Of a stretch of 45,783 bases of DNA, positions 8,878 to 18,178 are shown one piece after another. How positions within the stretch are numbered: position 1 is the stretch's first letter; every line of letters starts with the position of its first letter. The notes below the pieces were generated by a model. The model ran no database searches. It saw only the letters and a list, made by a program, of their open reading frames with translations, and was not told where the DNA came from. Both the position numbers and the translations under genes were made by a program. This DNA comes from a virus (Duplodnaviria; Caudoviricetes), in the IMG/VR virus record IMGVR_UViG_3300025600_000010, positions 1-45,783 of that record, one strand, 5' to 3'.

Positions 8878-9063
8878 TTATCTTCTTACAACATCAAAAT
8901 TAAAGGTTGCGCTTGCACCGGCAAAGTTTGACGTTTGGGTTGTTTCACCGTCAATTATTGTTTTTCCCGCGCTAACCTTCAAAGCATAATTTTTCAATTC
9001 ACTTTTACAGTTGACGCAACCGGAAAACAAAACAGTAAAGCATAAAAGAAAAATGCATTTCAT
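8878..9063 (-). CDS. Small lipoprotein, 61 aa
   Basis: ATG overlaps the upstream stop (ATGA); MKCIFLLCFTVLFSGC lipobox. Confidence 0.65.
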   Translation of the reverse strand: MKCIFLLCFTVLFSGCVNCKSELKNYALKVSAGKTIIDGETTQTSNFAGASATFNFDVVRR

Positions 9064-9278
9064 TTTGCAAAATCCCTGCAATTGCGTTTGCAAGTTCTGT
9101 TACGGTAAAAACATACACAACAGCCGTACATTTTTGGAAAAGAGCGAAATATCAAAATTGCCCAATAAACAGCACCTAAAATGTAAACCCATTGTTGCCA
9201 GGGAACGCCCACAAAAGCGGTCACAGTTAGGGTTGTTGGCGGTGCTGAATGAACAACAGCCTTGACAGTTTCTTTCAT
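9060..9278 (-). CDS. Holin / pinholin candidate
   Basis: 72 aa, two hydrophobic segments (APP..., GVPWQQWVYILGAVY), basic C-terminus, next to the endolysin. Confidence 0.65.
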   Translation of the reverse strand: MKETVKAVVHSAPPTTLTVTAFVGVPWQQWVYILGAVYWAILIFRSFPKMYGCCVCFYRNRTCKRNCRDFAK

Positions 9279-9362
9279 TAAATATCACCCCAAATTAAAA
9301 ATTTAGGCTCATAATAATTCATGAGCCTAAATTTTTCAAGCGTTAATGTGAAGGGTGCGTTT

Positions 9363-10025
9363 TTAATTATATGTGCGTTCCATCCATGTGGGCAAGTAAC
9401 GCAGCATTGCCGGATTGCGGCGCACAATCTGAACATACCGCCTTGCACGCATTTCCTTGAAGACGGCCCCGAAAAGGTAACGCCGGGAAGAATCCTTTTC
9501 CTTTTCATACCATCTTGATTCGGTAAAGCTGTTAATGAAATCAATTTCGGCTTTGCCGACAACAGGGTCAACCGGGAAATCTTCACTTTTCCCGTTCATA
9601 ACGTTAATTGTTCTGGTTATGAGAATTGCCGCCGTTCCGGTTCCGCAATTAACCGCCGTATCAAGAAACATTGTTGCAAGCCATTGGCTGCGAATTTCGG
9701 AAAGGTGCAACGGCTGTGCATAATCCCGATTGTAAAAGAAAGCCGCATCCTGAACAGTTAAGCCTTTTATTGTCTTGCCTTGCTTCACCAAATACGGCCC
9801 ATAAACGCTTGCAGCAATGCCGTACTTTGTTCCCAGGTTAACACGCTTGCCGTTGATCTTGCAAAAGTTGCCGGTGTCGTTAGGGTCTGAAGAATAACCG
9901 CCTTCATTTTTGAAAATTGTTTTTAATGCTTTTCCGCAATCAAAAGGAACGTAAGCAACTGACAAGCTGAAAGCAAAACATACTGAAATTAAAATAAAGA
10001 TATGCAAAAGCCTTAAATTTTTCAA
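9363..10025 (-). CDS. Endolysin, glycoside hydrolase family 108, with N-terminal signal/anchor
   Basis: EGGYSSDPNDTG, TKYGI, FLDTAVNCG motifs; TTG start after AAGGAG; hydrophobic N-terminus. Confidence 0.88.
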   Translation of the reverse strand: MKNLRLLHIFILISVCFAFSLSVAYVPFDCGKALKTIFKNEGGYSSDPNDTGNFCKINGKRVNLGTKYGIAASVYGPYLVKQGKTIKGLTVQDAAFFYNRDYAQPLHLSEIRSQWLATMFLDTAVNCGTGTAAILITRTINVMNGKSEDFPVDPVVGKAEIDFINSFTESRWYEKEKDSSRRYLFGAVFKEMRARRYVQIVRRNPAMLRYLPTWMERTYN

Positions 10026-10056
10026 AATTTAAATTTCTCCTTTCAAACGGTTAGTT

Positions 10057-12414
10057 TTATTCGTTTATAGCTGTACAGGTGTACGAATAGTTTCCTGGCA
10101 AACCGACAATTGTAATTGCTGAAGTTGAAGCAACTGAAGACGTTAGATTTGCTCTTAGTTCGGCTTGAACCAAACACACAGGCTTGTGCAAAAGTGCTGT
10201 AACAAATGAAACAACACAACCTGTGCCGCTTGAACCTATTGTAAAGTTTCCTGCATAGTCGCTGCTATTTGCTTGAATTGTCGGTGATATTCCGCAAGAC
10301 GATAAAACGGGCGAAGTGTTTGACGTGACAGAGATGTGACCGTTTGTGTTTACTTTCATATTACTTGCAATTGTAATTATGCTTCCGCTCATAGGATAAA
10401 GCTTGTTTAAATAACTCGTTGTGTCGTCAACAGCAAAAACCAATGTTCCGGTTGAACTTTTGACAACAATTCCGTTTTCACCTGCGTTTGCTTTAATTTG
10501 AAAAGTATGCTGCGGCCCCGCATCATTAATGCTTAAACGCTTGTTTGTATTATCCCAAAAAAATTTACCATAATCGCTTGTTGTTGTGCGGTCTGTGTCT
10601 GCAAACAAAACGCCACCTGTGCCAGTGTTGAGTAAAAGCGGAATGCCCACAATTTGATTATTAAGTTCTTTGGCACCTGTTGCCGTTGAATCAATGCGCA
10701 ATGCATACGTTCCCGGCGCTTCAAAATGATTGTTCAACAATTGTGCGTTTGAACCTATTACGTTCCAACCATTGCTGCCAGCAACAAAATAATTTCCTGA
10801 AAGTTCAACATGATTTGCGGCTGTAATTAAATTCATATCACCGGTAAAGCTTCCGGTGTTATTTTTAATATATAAGTCTGAAAGTGTTGCTGTTCCCGTC
10901 CACGAAAGCGGCCCAACATTAATAAAGTCGTTGTGTTCAATGTGAATGTTTTTTAACGGGCGCGTGCTTCCTGAAGATTTGATAAACATTACAACCGGTC
11001 CCGCAACAGTATCAAAGGTGTTGCGTGTAACCCAAATGTTTTCAGTGTGTGAATCGGTTGAGTTTGCAAGAATTTGGGAATAAAACCCATAGCCGCCAAT
11101 ATTTTTAAAAGTGTTATGTTCAACTTTCAAATTTGTAAATTTACCATTTGGCAAAGCAAGACCGTAACCAATTGACGCAACATTTGCGTAAGTTGTATCA
11201 ATTTCGTTGTCTTTTATTTCTAAGTTTCCCATAACAAAATTTGTTCCACCGGGAAGCGTATCATTTGAAAACCTAATTCCGCAATTAACCCTATGAATCT
11301 TATTGCCTATTATTGTTATATTTTGAGTTGAAAAATCTGACACGGCGTTTGAGTTGTTGTAAAACGTAATACCGTAACCAGTTGCTATATCTTCAATTAT
11401 GTTTTCAGAAATAAAAACGTTACTATATGATACAATTTCAAGCCCCGCTTGTGAGCTTGAACCGTGGCCAATAGAACCTGTGCCGTTAATGTTGTTTCTT
11501 GTAATCCAAAGCTTTCCCGCGCCAGGGGAACGTGACGCAAATTTGGCGCTTCCCTTCAATCCAACAAAGGTGTTGTTATCGAACAAATAGTTTTCGGTTC
11601 CGCCTTTTGTGGTTGACGTTTGTTGACAATTTATAAATTTGTTGCCACGCACTATTGAATTGAAACTATCAACAGAAGTTGGCGGCGTTGGAACGTCATA
11701 AGATTTTATCGTTACAACTGCGTCACCAAAATTTGTAAATGTATTGTTTTCAATCCTAGTTCCGTTAACCGACATAAAAGCAATACCGCAATCGCCGTAA
11801 TATGATGGACCGAAAAGCGTTGGATCAGTTGCCGAGGTTGCGCCGATAAATCTGAGCCCTTCAACAGCAATGTTTGTACCATGTTTAAAATACATAACAT
11901 ATTCATTTGTCGTTGTGGTCGAAACTCCGTCACCGGGAACACCATCCGATATAACCCAGGCTGAATTTTTAAACAAAATAGCGCCGGGAGCGCCTGTAAT
12001 TAAAATATCATTTGCGTTGTCTAACACTGTTTGAGTAGCAAAGCCAAACAAACCGTTTGGAAAATAAAGAGTTCCACCACCTGAAAGCTTAATTGAATTC
12101 AAAGCGGCTTGCAACACAGAGGAAAGGTCTGTTGTGCTTTGTGCGGCTTGCCAAGTTTGTAACGTAGGTCTTCCGTTAACACCATCCATAAACTGTCGTA
12201 TATCAAGGTAAGTGCCAACAAACATTGTCGGCTTGCCGCCCACCTTACTGAACGTAGCACCGATTACTTGCATTGTATTAATGTTCTGTTTGCCAGCATC
12301 CACCGAGCCGCCAGCGCTTGAAAACTTACCGAAAGCCGGTGTAATTGTTGAAGCGAACGAACTTGACGTAAATGCGAAAAACAAAACCAAAAGCAATAAA
12401 ACGAAACGATTCAT
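10057..12414 (-). CDS. Right-handed beta-helix (pectate-lyase-like) tailspike / depolymerase with apparent signal peptide
   Basis: LQAALN...GGGTLYFPNG, then repeated I.NN.F / I.GN.I beta-helix rungs. Confidence 0.8.
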   Translation of the reverse strand: MNRFVLLLLVLFFAFTSSSFASTITPAFGKFSSAGGSVDAGKQNINTMQVIGATFSKVGGKPTMFVGTYLDIRQFMDGVNGRPTLQTWQAAQSTTDLSSVLQAALNSIKLSGGGTLYFPNGLFGFATQTVLDNANDILITGAPGAILFKNSAWVISDGVPGDGVSTTTTNEYVMYFKHGTNIAVEGLRFIGATSATDPTLFGPSYYGDCGIAFMSVNGTRIENNTFTNFGDAVVTIKSYDVPTPPTSVDSFNSIVRGNKFINCQQTSTTKGGTENYLFDNNTFVGLKGSAKFASRSPGAGKLWITRNNINGTGSIGHGSSSQAGLEIVSYSNVFISENIIEDIATGYGITFYNNSNAVSDFSTQNITIIGNKIHRVNCGIRFSNDTLPGGTNFVMGNLEIKDNEIDTTYANVASIGYGLALPNGKFTNLKVEHNTFKNIGGYGFYSQILANSTDSHTENIWVTRNTFDTVAGPVVMFIKSSGSTRPLKNIHIEHNDFINVGPLSWTGTATLSDLYIKNNTGSFTGDMNLITAANHVELSGNYFVAGSNGWNVIGSNAQLLNNHFEAPGTYALRIDSTATGAKELNNQIVGIPLLLNTGTGGVLFADTDRTTTSDYGKFFWDNTNKRLSINDAGPQHTFQIKANAGENGIVVKSSTGTLVFAVDDTTSYLNKLYPMSGSIITIASNMKVNTNGHISVTSNTSPVLSSCGISPTIQANSSDYAGNFTIGSSGTGCVVSFVTALLHKPVCLVQAELRANLTSSVASTSAITIVGLPGNYSYTCTAINE

Positions 12415-12424
12415 AATTTCCCCT

Positions 12425-13348
12425 TTAGATTGAAGTTAAAAGCAACGACCAAACATCATTATTAAAATCATAAACTGATTCAATTCTACATTTTTTATCA
12501 ATGTCATTTATTGCAATAAGTTTTCGCATTGCTGTTTTGTTTGACAAAGTTGTTGCTAAAATCAATTCCCAAATGTCAGCGCCGAAATCATCAACGCCAA
12601 CTAGCTTGGCTTGAATACTGCAATTTTTACCTGAACCGTTTTTATCTAAAAACTGTTTAATTGGTGTAACATTCAGCTTTGATGTTGTTGCAACAATCGA
12701 ATACATGTCAGCGCCAGAATCATCAGCACCATCAAAGCTTACTTCAATCCTGCAATGCTTCCCGCTTCCACCAATGTCGAGCAAGACTTCAAATTCTGAA
12801 ACATAAGGAATTGTCAAGGTCGCAGGAAAAGGTGTAACAAAGGCGCCTTGCATAACATTTGATTCTGCAACAGGGTTTGTGTAAAGCTCAACTAAATCAG
12901 AAGTTCCAACCGGAACGTATAATATTACGCTCATTACGCCAAGGTTTATAACGCTAACGTCAAAGCCTAATGCTGTTTTAAAAAAATAAGATATTTCATA
13001 AGACGAACTGTGTTTATTCGTGTTGTTGCATGTCTGCAACAAAAGTAAATCGGAATACAACGAATCATCTGCAAATTCGTTGAAACCGTTTTCAAAAACA
13101 ATTTGCCTATTTCTTCCTAAAATTCGGCCAATTGTATCAGCATAAACGCCTTTTGCGTTATAAAGCGTTCGTAACTCTTGTAAATCAATAATCGCGTTGT
13201 GCAACTCTTGATATTGCTTTGAATAAGCCGAAACAACTTGACTTATAACAGGCGCGTCTTTGAACTGACACAACACCCGATTAAGGTTTTGTTGCGTCAA
13301 ATTCAAACGCTTTGTGTCAAAGTCAATTTTATAAGTTTCAGGTATCAT
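12425..13348 (-). CDS. Baseplate wedge protein (DUF2612-like) with three C-terminal repeats
   Basis: LYNAKGVYADTIGRILGRNR...DD..Y motif. Confidence 0.7.
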   Translation of the reverse strand: MIPETYKIDFDTKRLNLTQQNLNRVLCQFKDAPVISQVVSAYSKQYQELHNAIIDLQELRTLYNAKGVYADTIGRILGRNRQIVFENGFNEFADDSLYSDLLLLQTCNNTNKHSSSYEISYFFKTALGFDVSVINLGVMSVILYVPVGTSDLVELYTNPVAESNVMQGAFVTPFPATLTIPYVSEFEVLLDIGGSGKHCRIEVSFDGADDSGADMYSIVATTSKLNVTPIKQFLDKNGSGKNCSIQAKLVGVDDFGADIWELILATTLSNKTAMRKLIAINDIDKKCRIESVYDFNNDVWSLLLTSI

Positions 13349-13351
13349 GGA

Positions 13352-14152
13352 TTAAATGGCAATGCAAATTAATGCGGTTATGTTTGTAGGTCTTGTTTCA
13401 ATACCGCCTGTTGATTGCGTATCAAAGGCGAATATTCCTTCAGGGCTATTACTTCCTGAACCGACATTGCCGCCGCCATCTGTTCCGGTCGATGTATGTC
13501 CTTCAAAGGCAATTGTGTGGGAATGGGCTTTTAACGAATCTGCTTGTGTTGTCGCAAAAACACGCCCTGCGTCAACGCCCCTTCCGCTGTCAAAACCTCG
13601 TACGAATTCCCCGCGTGCGTCAGGAAGATTAAACGTTGTTCCACCGTCACCATTTCCCCAGGTTATGCCGATTGCTGCAAAAAGATCAGGATAAAGTGTT
13701 CTTGAAACAGCAGAACCGTCACATGCTAAAAAACCCAAAGGCGCAGAATTCATGAAAAAATCAGCCCGTTCCCCAGGTCGCGAACCTGTTACCGGCTTCC
13801 AAGTTGAAAGCGGTGCTGTTGTGGGGTCAACATTCAGGTTTGCAATTACAGCTTTATATTTCTTGCCGTCTGAACCAATTGTTGTTGCGCCCTGAACATA
13901 AGCGGTTGTTGCGCACCAAGATAAACCGCCTTGCTGTGCAATTTGCTGAAGCAATGAGGTTACAATAAACATAACTTCATTATGCACAGAACTATCAACC
14001 TTTGTGCTAAACTCCCAACCGTTTTCAATATCAGCACTAATCAAAGGCTCTTTTCTGTAACCGCTTCCCGGTGTTGGGAAAACCGGGATAACGGTATTTG
14101 CGCCTTCTGCGAATATTGCAGGTAAGTCAATAGTTCGGTTTGTCATTATCAC
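13352..14152 (-). CDS. Tail fibre protein with tail-collar domain
   Basis: APLGFLACDGSAVSRTLYPDLFAAIG, TFNLPDARGEFVRG, ETRPTNI. Confidence 0.9.
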   Translation of the reverse strand: MIMTNRTIDLPAIFAEGANTVIPVFPTPGSGYRKEPLISADIENGWEFSTKVDSSVHNEVMFIVTSLLQQIAQQGGLSWCATTAYVQGATTIGSDGKKYKAVIANLNVDPTTAPLSTWKPVTGSRPGERADFFMNSAPLGFLACDGSAVSRTLYPDLFAAIGITWGNGDGGTTFNLPDARGEFVRGFDSGRGVDAGRVFATTQADSLKAHSHTIAFEGHTSTGTDGGGNVGSGSNSPEGIFAFDTQSTGGIETRPTNITALICIAI

Positions 14153-14160
14153 AACCCCTT

Positions 14161-15423
14161 TTATGTAATCGAAATGTTAATGCTGCTTGAAGGCGCGTTG
14201 ACAATCCAGGCAAGCGCAACGTCTGCGCAAAGCGTTGAATCGTCTGTTGCAAAATAATTCAATGAACCTATAAATTGAGCGGCTTCATTCCATGAAATCG
14301 CAACGTTTGCCGCTGTCGGCGCTGCGTGATCGCGTGACAGCAGCACCGAATTTATTTGATGGCCAGGAATTGAATTTATCGGCGTGTAAAGCCTTGACAA
14401 AATAACATTGTGCGCCGGGGGAATGCCGTTTGAGCCGCCTTTGTATTGTGCATAGGCAACAATTGCCGCCGCAATTTGTTCCTTTCCATCTGAAGGGAAA
14501 GAGGTATCGACAACGCTTATGTCAATAATAACTGTCACAATAACAGGGATTGGCCGTTGAAATGAAATAGGGTAATCAAAACCCTGTGAATCGTTCAAGT
14601 ACAAGGTTGTTGCGCCATAATAACCTAAACCAATAGGCGAACGTTTAAAGATTGCATTTGCAACGTCTAAATCTTGTCCACCTTCAACCAATGCGCAAAC
14701 AGTTTTAGGTGGCAAAGTGTGCGCGTCAATGTCTGTTGCGCTTGCGTTCTGGAACACCTTGCAAAAGATAACGCCTTTTATATTTGTTACTGCGGCTTGA
14801 ATTGATTCAACTTGTCTGTAACTTGTATTACTTGTTTCAATCTGTTGACGCGTTCTAAGTTGTTCGTCTGTTTCGGGTTCGGTTCCCACAATAAGCGTTG
14901 CAATATTCTGCGCTGTATTCCATTGGTCAGAAGGCGTTAAAATGTTGGTTATCGTTCCGCTTTCCGGTTCAATTGCGCCGGTCTTTGAACACGTTGCTTC
15001 AACTGTTGCAGAACCTTCAACAAAAACAACGTCATTGTCAGTAATGAAAACAACAGTTGCGTTGTCGTTGCCTATCTGTTGACCAGCGGCAAGTGTTCCT
15101 GTTCCGTGTAACAACAACATAACGCGTGTGAATGTGCCGGGAAACTTCAAGATACCGTTAAGCTGAACCAAACCAGCAAGACAGGCACCTTGCGCTTTCA
15201 AAGGGTCAAATTGGTTTGCCGCGTCTGTTGCAGCTTCCCAACATTCAGCCAACCCAGGCATTAAGATTGCGGAAAGTTGAGCAATCAAAGGGTCAATTGC
15301 AGGGTCAAGATATTCGCCGGTTTCGGGGTCTTTGACTTTCGCAAGATCAGCGTTCAAATCTGCAAGAAGATCAGCAAGCCGTTTCGGTTTAAATCCTTCA
15401 GGTGTTAAACCAAAATTAGCCAA
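14161..15423 (-). CDS. Baseplate J-like protein
   Basis: FGLTPEGF start, G.EPETDEQLRTR, ISFQRP motifs. Confidence 0.88.
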   Translation of the reverse strand: MANFGLTPEGFKPKRLADLLADLNADLAKVKDPETGEYLDPAIDPLIAQLSAILMPGLAECWEAATDAANQFDPLKAQGACLAGLVQLNGILKFPGTFTRVMLLLHGTGTLAAGQQIGNDNATVVFITDNDVVFVEGSATVEATCSKTGAIEPESGTITNILTPSDQWNTAQNIATLIVGTEPETDEQLRTRQQIETSNTSYRQVESIQAAVTNIKGVIFCKVFQNASATDIDAHTLPPKTVCALVEGGQDLDVANAIFKRSPIGLGYYGATTLYLNDSQGFDYPISFQRPIPVIVTVIIDISVVDTSFPSDGKEQIAAAIVAYAQYKGGSNGIPPAHNVILSRLYTPINSIPGHQINSVLLSRDHAAPTAANVAISWNEAAQFIGSLNYFATDDSTLCADVALAWIVNAPSSSINISIT

Positions 15424-15781
15424 AAATAACCCCCTGGTTGATTACTGTATTTTGCCCATTGATAACAGCAACCGCGTATATTGACAATTCACGTTTTTGC
15501 GCGTCAAATCTTACATTAATTGTGCTGACCCTGTCAACACCTGAAGTGCCTGTTATTTGATCGCGTATAAGCATTACCGCATTATTTGTGTTTTTATCGC
15601 CTAAAATCTCTTGCATCCAGGGCAAGCCCTTTGTTGTGTCAAGAAACCATTCGCCGGTAAGCCATTGCAAGCGCGTTTTTATTCGCTGAACTATTTCGGC
15701 GTTTCCGTTCACCAAGGCAATTTTGCCCTTGCTTATTGAAAGATCGTTTGTCAAAGTTGAAATTGCAAAATCATAACCCAT
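15416..15781 (-). CDS. Baseplate wedge / sheath initiator (gp25-like)
   Basis: QRIKTRL...GEWFLDTTKGLPW motif. Confidence 0.8.
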   Translation of the reverse strand: MGYDFAISTLTNDLSISKGKIALVNGNAEIVQRIKTRLQWLTGEWFLDTTKGLPWMQEILGDKNTNNAVMLIRDQITGTSGVDRVSTINVRFDAQKRELSIYAVAVINGQNTVINQGVIFG

Positions 15782-16473
15782 TATTTAGGCACTCCACTAA
15801 CACCGCCCCCAGGCTGAACACCTGTTACTTGCAACGTGTCAAGGTTTCTTCCGGCTTTTGATTTAATAAGGCCACCGGTAATTGTTCCAGTTGCAGAAAT
15901 ATCGCCTATGACGGCAACGCCTGAAGGAGTGACACTAAGGGTTGTCTTGCCGACAGTTGCCCTTATTTCGCCGGATTTGACACTAAGAACGGTGCTTCCT
16001 GAAACGTCCCGCGTCTGTATCGAATCAAGGCTGTAATTTGGTATCAAGTGCGCCCCTGTCATAAGCCCAGGAATGCAAACCGCATCTGTCAGGCTGTGAT
16101 TTCTTCCTTTCGCGCTTGCTTGATCTTCCGTAATGATCGGTTTTACAATGCCACCATATGAAACAAAATTGTCAATTGCACGCTGCGAAAATATCAATAA
16201 ACATTCGTCACCCTTTTTAATTGGCAACGTTTGTACAAGCCCTGCGCCCTGTGCATATTGAAGCATAACCGGCACGTTAATTATTGTGGGCAATTCTATA
16301 AAAGAAACTTCATTGCCAATTGTAACTTGCATTTTTATAGCCGGTTTGACTTCTGCGAACTTTCCATCAAACGAAACTATAACACCGGGCATTGAAGTAT
16401 TGACGCCAAGAATTAAGCGCCTGAACTGCAATTCAAATTCTTGTGCTTCATTTACAATTATTCTTTCATCCAT
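15781..16473 (-). CDS. Baseplate central spike (Gp138-like)
   Basis: TSMPGVIVSFD, PIKKGDECLLIFSQRAID, HSLTDA..IPG. Confidence 0.85.
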   Translation of the reverse strand: MDERIIVNEAQEFELQFRRLILGVNTSMPGVIVSFDGKFAEVKPAIKMQVTIGNEVSFIELPTIINVPVMLQYAQGAGLVQTLPIKKGDECLLIFSQRAIDNFVSYGGIVKPIITEDQASAKGRNHSLTDAVCIPGLMTGAHLIPNYSLDSIQTRDVSGSTVLSVKSGEIRATVGKTTLSVTPSGVAVIGDISATGTITGGLIKSKAGRNLDTLQVTGVQPGGGVSGVPK

Positions 16474-16482
16474 TGATTAACC

Positions 16483-17367
16483 TTAGAATGTAAAAAGGGA
16501 TTGAATGTCAACAAACCAATCATTTGAAAATGTGTCACCCTGAAAGTCAATTAAATGTATTTTATAATCATTATCGAGCCCAGGGTTTGCAGAATTAACA
16601 ACTGTAACAGTCTTGCCCACAGTAACATGAGGCTGAAGAATTGCCTTAATCCTAACGCCCCTCGTTATCTGCAACGGCCCTGCAAGCAAAGGATTTGCGC
16701 TAATCAGTGAACCGTCATTGCCGTTCAATACAACAGGGTTGCCGGGAAGCGTGACATTATCACCGACAGCTTGAAAGATTCCGTCTTGAATGCTCCAAGA
16801 AAAGCCGTATTGTCTTCCCATCATGTCAAGCAAATCTTTAACTTGTCCAGCAAACGAAATGCCGCCTTTGCTAACTTTGTCTGTTGAAATCTTTATTGCT
16901 GAAGTATCAATTTTAACGCCGTCTGCGGTTGACATTACTTTCAAAAGACAATCGGCAACATACATTCCGCTTTTGAAAGTAAAGCTGCCAATTGCTCTTG
17001 ATAATGTATCACCCATAGTCAAAGCGTTAACTCTTGTTACAATGTCAGCCCCTTGACGTTCTGAAAAGGAAGTCAGCACGCCGCCGCTGAAGATAAGCGG
17101 AAGTTTGCCAGAATTCGCCCAACCTGCGCTAATTGTTATTTGAAGGTTTGCGTTATTTAAAAGTGCGCGTGTATCTTCATTCAGATTGTAAAAAAGGATA
17201 GTGCTATAATTCGGAACTGATATTATTGATTTTTGAACGCGGAAAGCAATGCGCAAACCGTCACGCGAACCATCAGAAAACAGGCGTAATGCTTGCGCAG
17301 GGTTGCCGCCTTTGCCTTCCGTAAGCGGCCCGATTAAAACTTCAACCTGTCGTATAAAATTACTCAT
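16483..17367 (-). CDS. Baseplate hub protein
   Basis: Probable start MSNFIRQ (ATGA overlap); LRIAF.V.K, YNL, AGW, WSIQDG motifs. Confidence 0.8.
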   Translation of the reverse strand: MSNFIRQVEVLIGPLTEGKGGNPAQALRLFSDGSRDGLRIAFRVQKSIISVPNYSTILFYNLNEDTRALLNNANLQITISAGWANSGKLPLIFSGGVLTSFSERQGADIVTRVNALTMGDTLSRAIGSFTFKSGMYVADCLLKVMSTADGVKIDTSAIKISTDKVSKGGISFAGQVKDLLDMMGRQYGFSWSIQDGIFQAVGDNVTLPGNPVVLNGNDGSLISANPLLAGPLQITRGVRIKAILQPHVTVGKTVTVVNSANPGLDNDYKIHLIDFQGDTFSNDWFVDIQSLFTF

Positions 17368-17708
17368 AGCAAAGGGTCTTGATAAACAATTGGGTTCGTT
17401 TCGTCTGAAGTCAACCAAACAACCTGCGCTGTGTTTCCAAGGCTGTCAACTGTGTTGTTTGCGGTTCCGTTAACACACTGAACTTGCATTACTGAATTTT
17501 TGAAAAGTTCACCGTGTCCTTTCAACAAATTGTCAACCCCAGGCAAAAGAGCAATGCCAGAAAGCAAAAGGTTTGACGATGAATTTAAAATGTCCATCAG
17601 CCAAACCTTTTTGTTAGGCAACCAATATGTTACAAAAACAAAAACCCCGTTCCCGGTATCAACAGTAACTCTCGAAGCGGGGTTTGCGGCCAATGGCAAT
17701 TGGATCAT
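17364..17708 (-). CDS. Baseplate-associated protein
   Basis: Translationally coupled; gene order; W.MDI...LLSGI.LLPG.DNLL. Confidence 0.7.
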   Translation of the reverse strand: MIQLPLAANPASRVTVDTGNGVFVFVTYWLPNKKVWLMDILNSSSNLLLSGIALLPGVDNLLKGHGELFKNSVMQVQCVNGTANNTVDSLGNTAQVVWLTSDETNPIVYQDPLL

Positions 17709-18178
17709 TTTATCACCGGGGGAAGTATCCCGCGATTGACTTCAGTTTGTGCTGAAGTATCAACCGCGTTTAAATATGGAACCGAATTAACCGAAACTGA
17801 ATTTATACGTTGAAACTTAATTGTACATTCTAAAGCGCCTTTATTCGGTGCTTTATGAATAGGTTGAAAGTCAACAATAACCATGCTGTCATAGGTATCA
17901 TGTTCTGTAATTATTTTCAACAAATCCCTGTTGGCATAGTGCTTTTTAAATGCGTCAAAAACCTGTTGCGCGGTGTATCCCGGCCCAGGTGTATTTGATG
18001 AAGTAAAAGAAACGTCAAGTTCCCTTGGTTTCAAAAAAACATGATCTGAAACAATCGAACCGTTTTGAATTGGGAATTCCGTTGCAACCGCTCTAAACGC
18101 GTGCGCTTCAGATTGTTTTGATGAAACCTCAACATCTGCAATCACATTACCGTTGAATATTGTTAACGCGCTTGCCAT
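17705..18178 (-). CDS. Tail tube initiator / Dit-like protein
   Basis: TEFPIQNGSIVSDHV..P motif; follows the tape measure gene. Confidence 0.75.
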   Translation of the reverse strand: MASALTIFNGNVIADVEVSSKQSEAHAFRAVATEFPIQNGSIVSDHVFLKPRELDVSFTSSNTPGPGYTAQQVFDAFKKHYANRDLLKIITEHDTYDSMVIVDFQPIHKAPNKGALECTIKFQRINSVSVNSVPYLNAVDTSAQTEVNRGILPPVIK

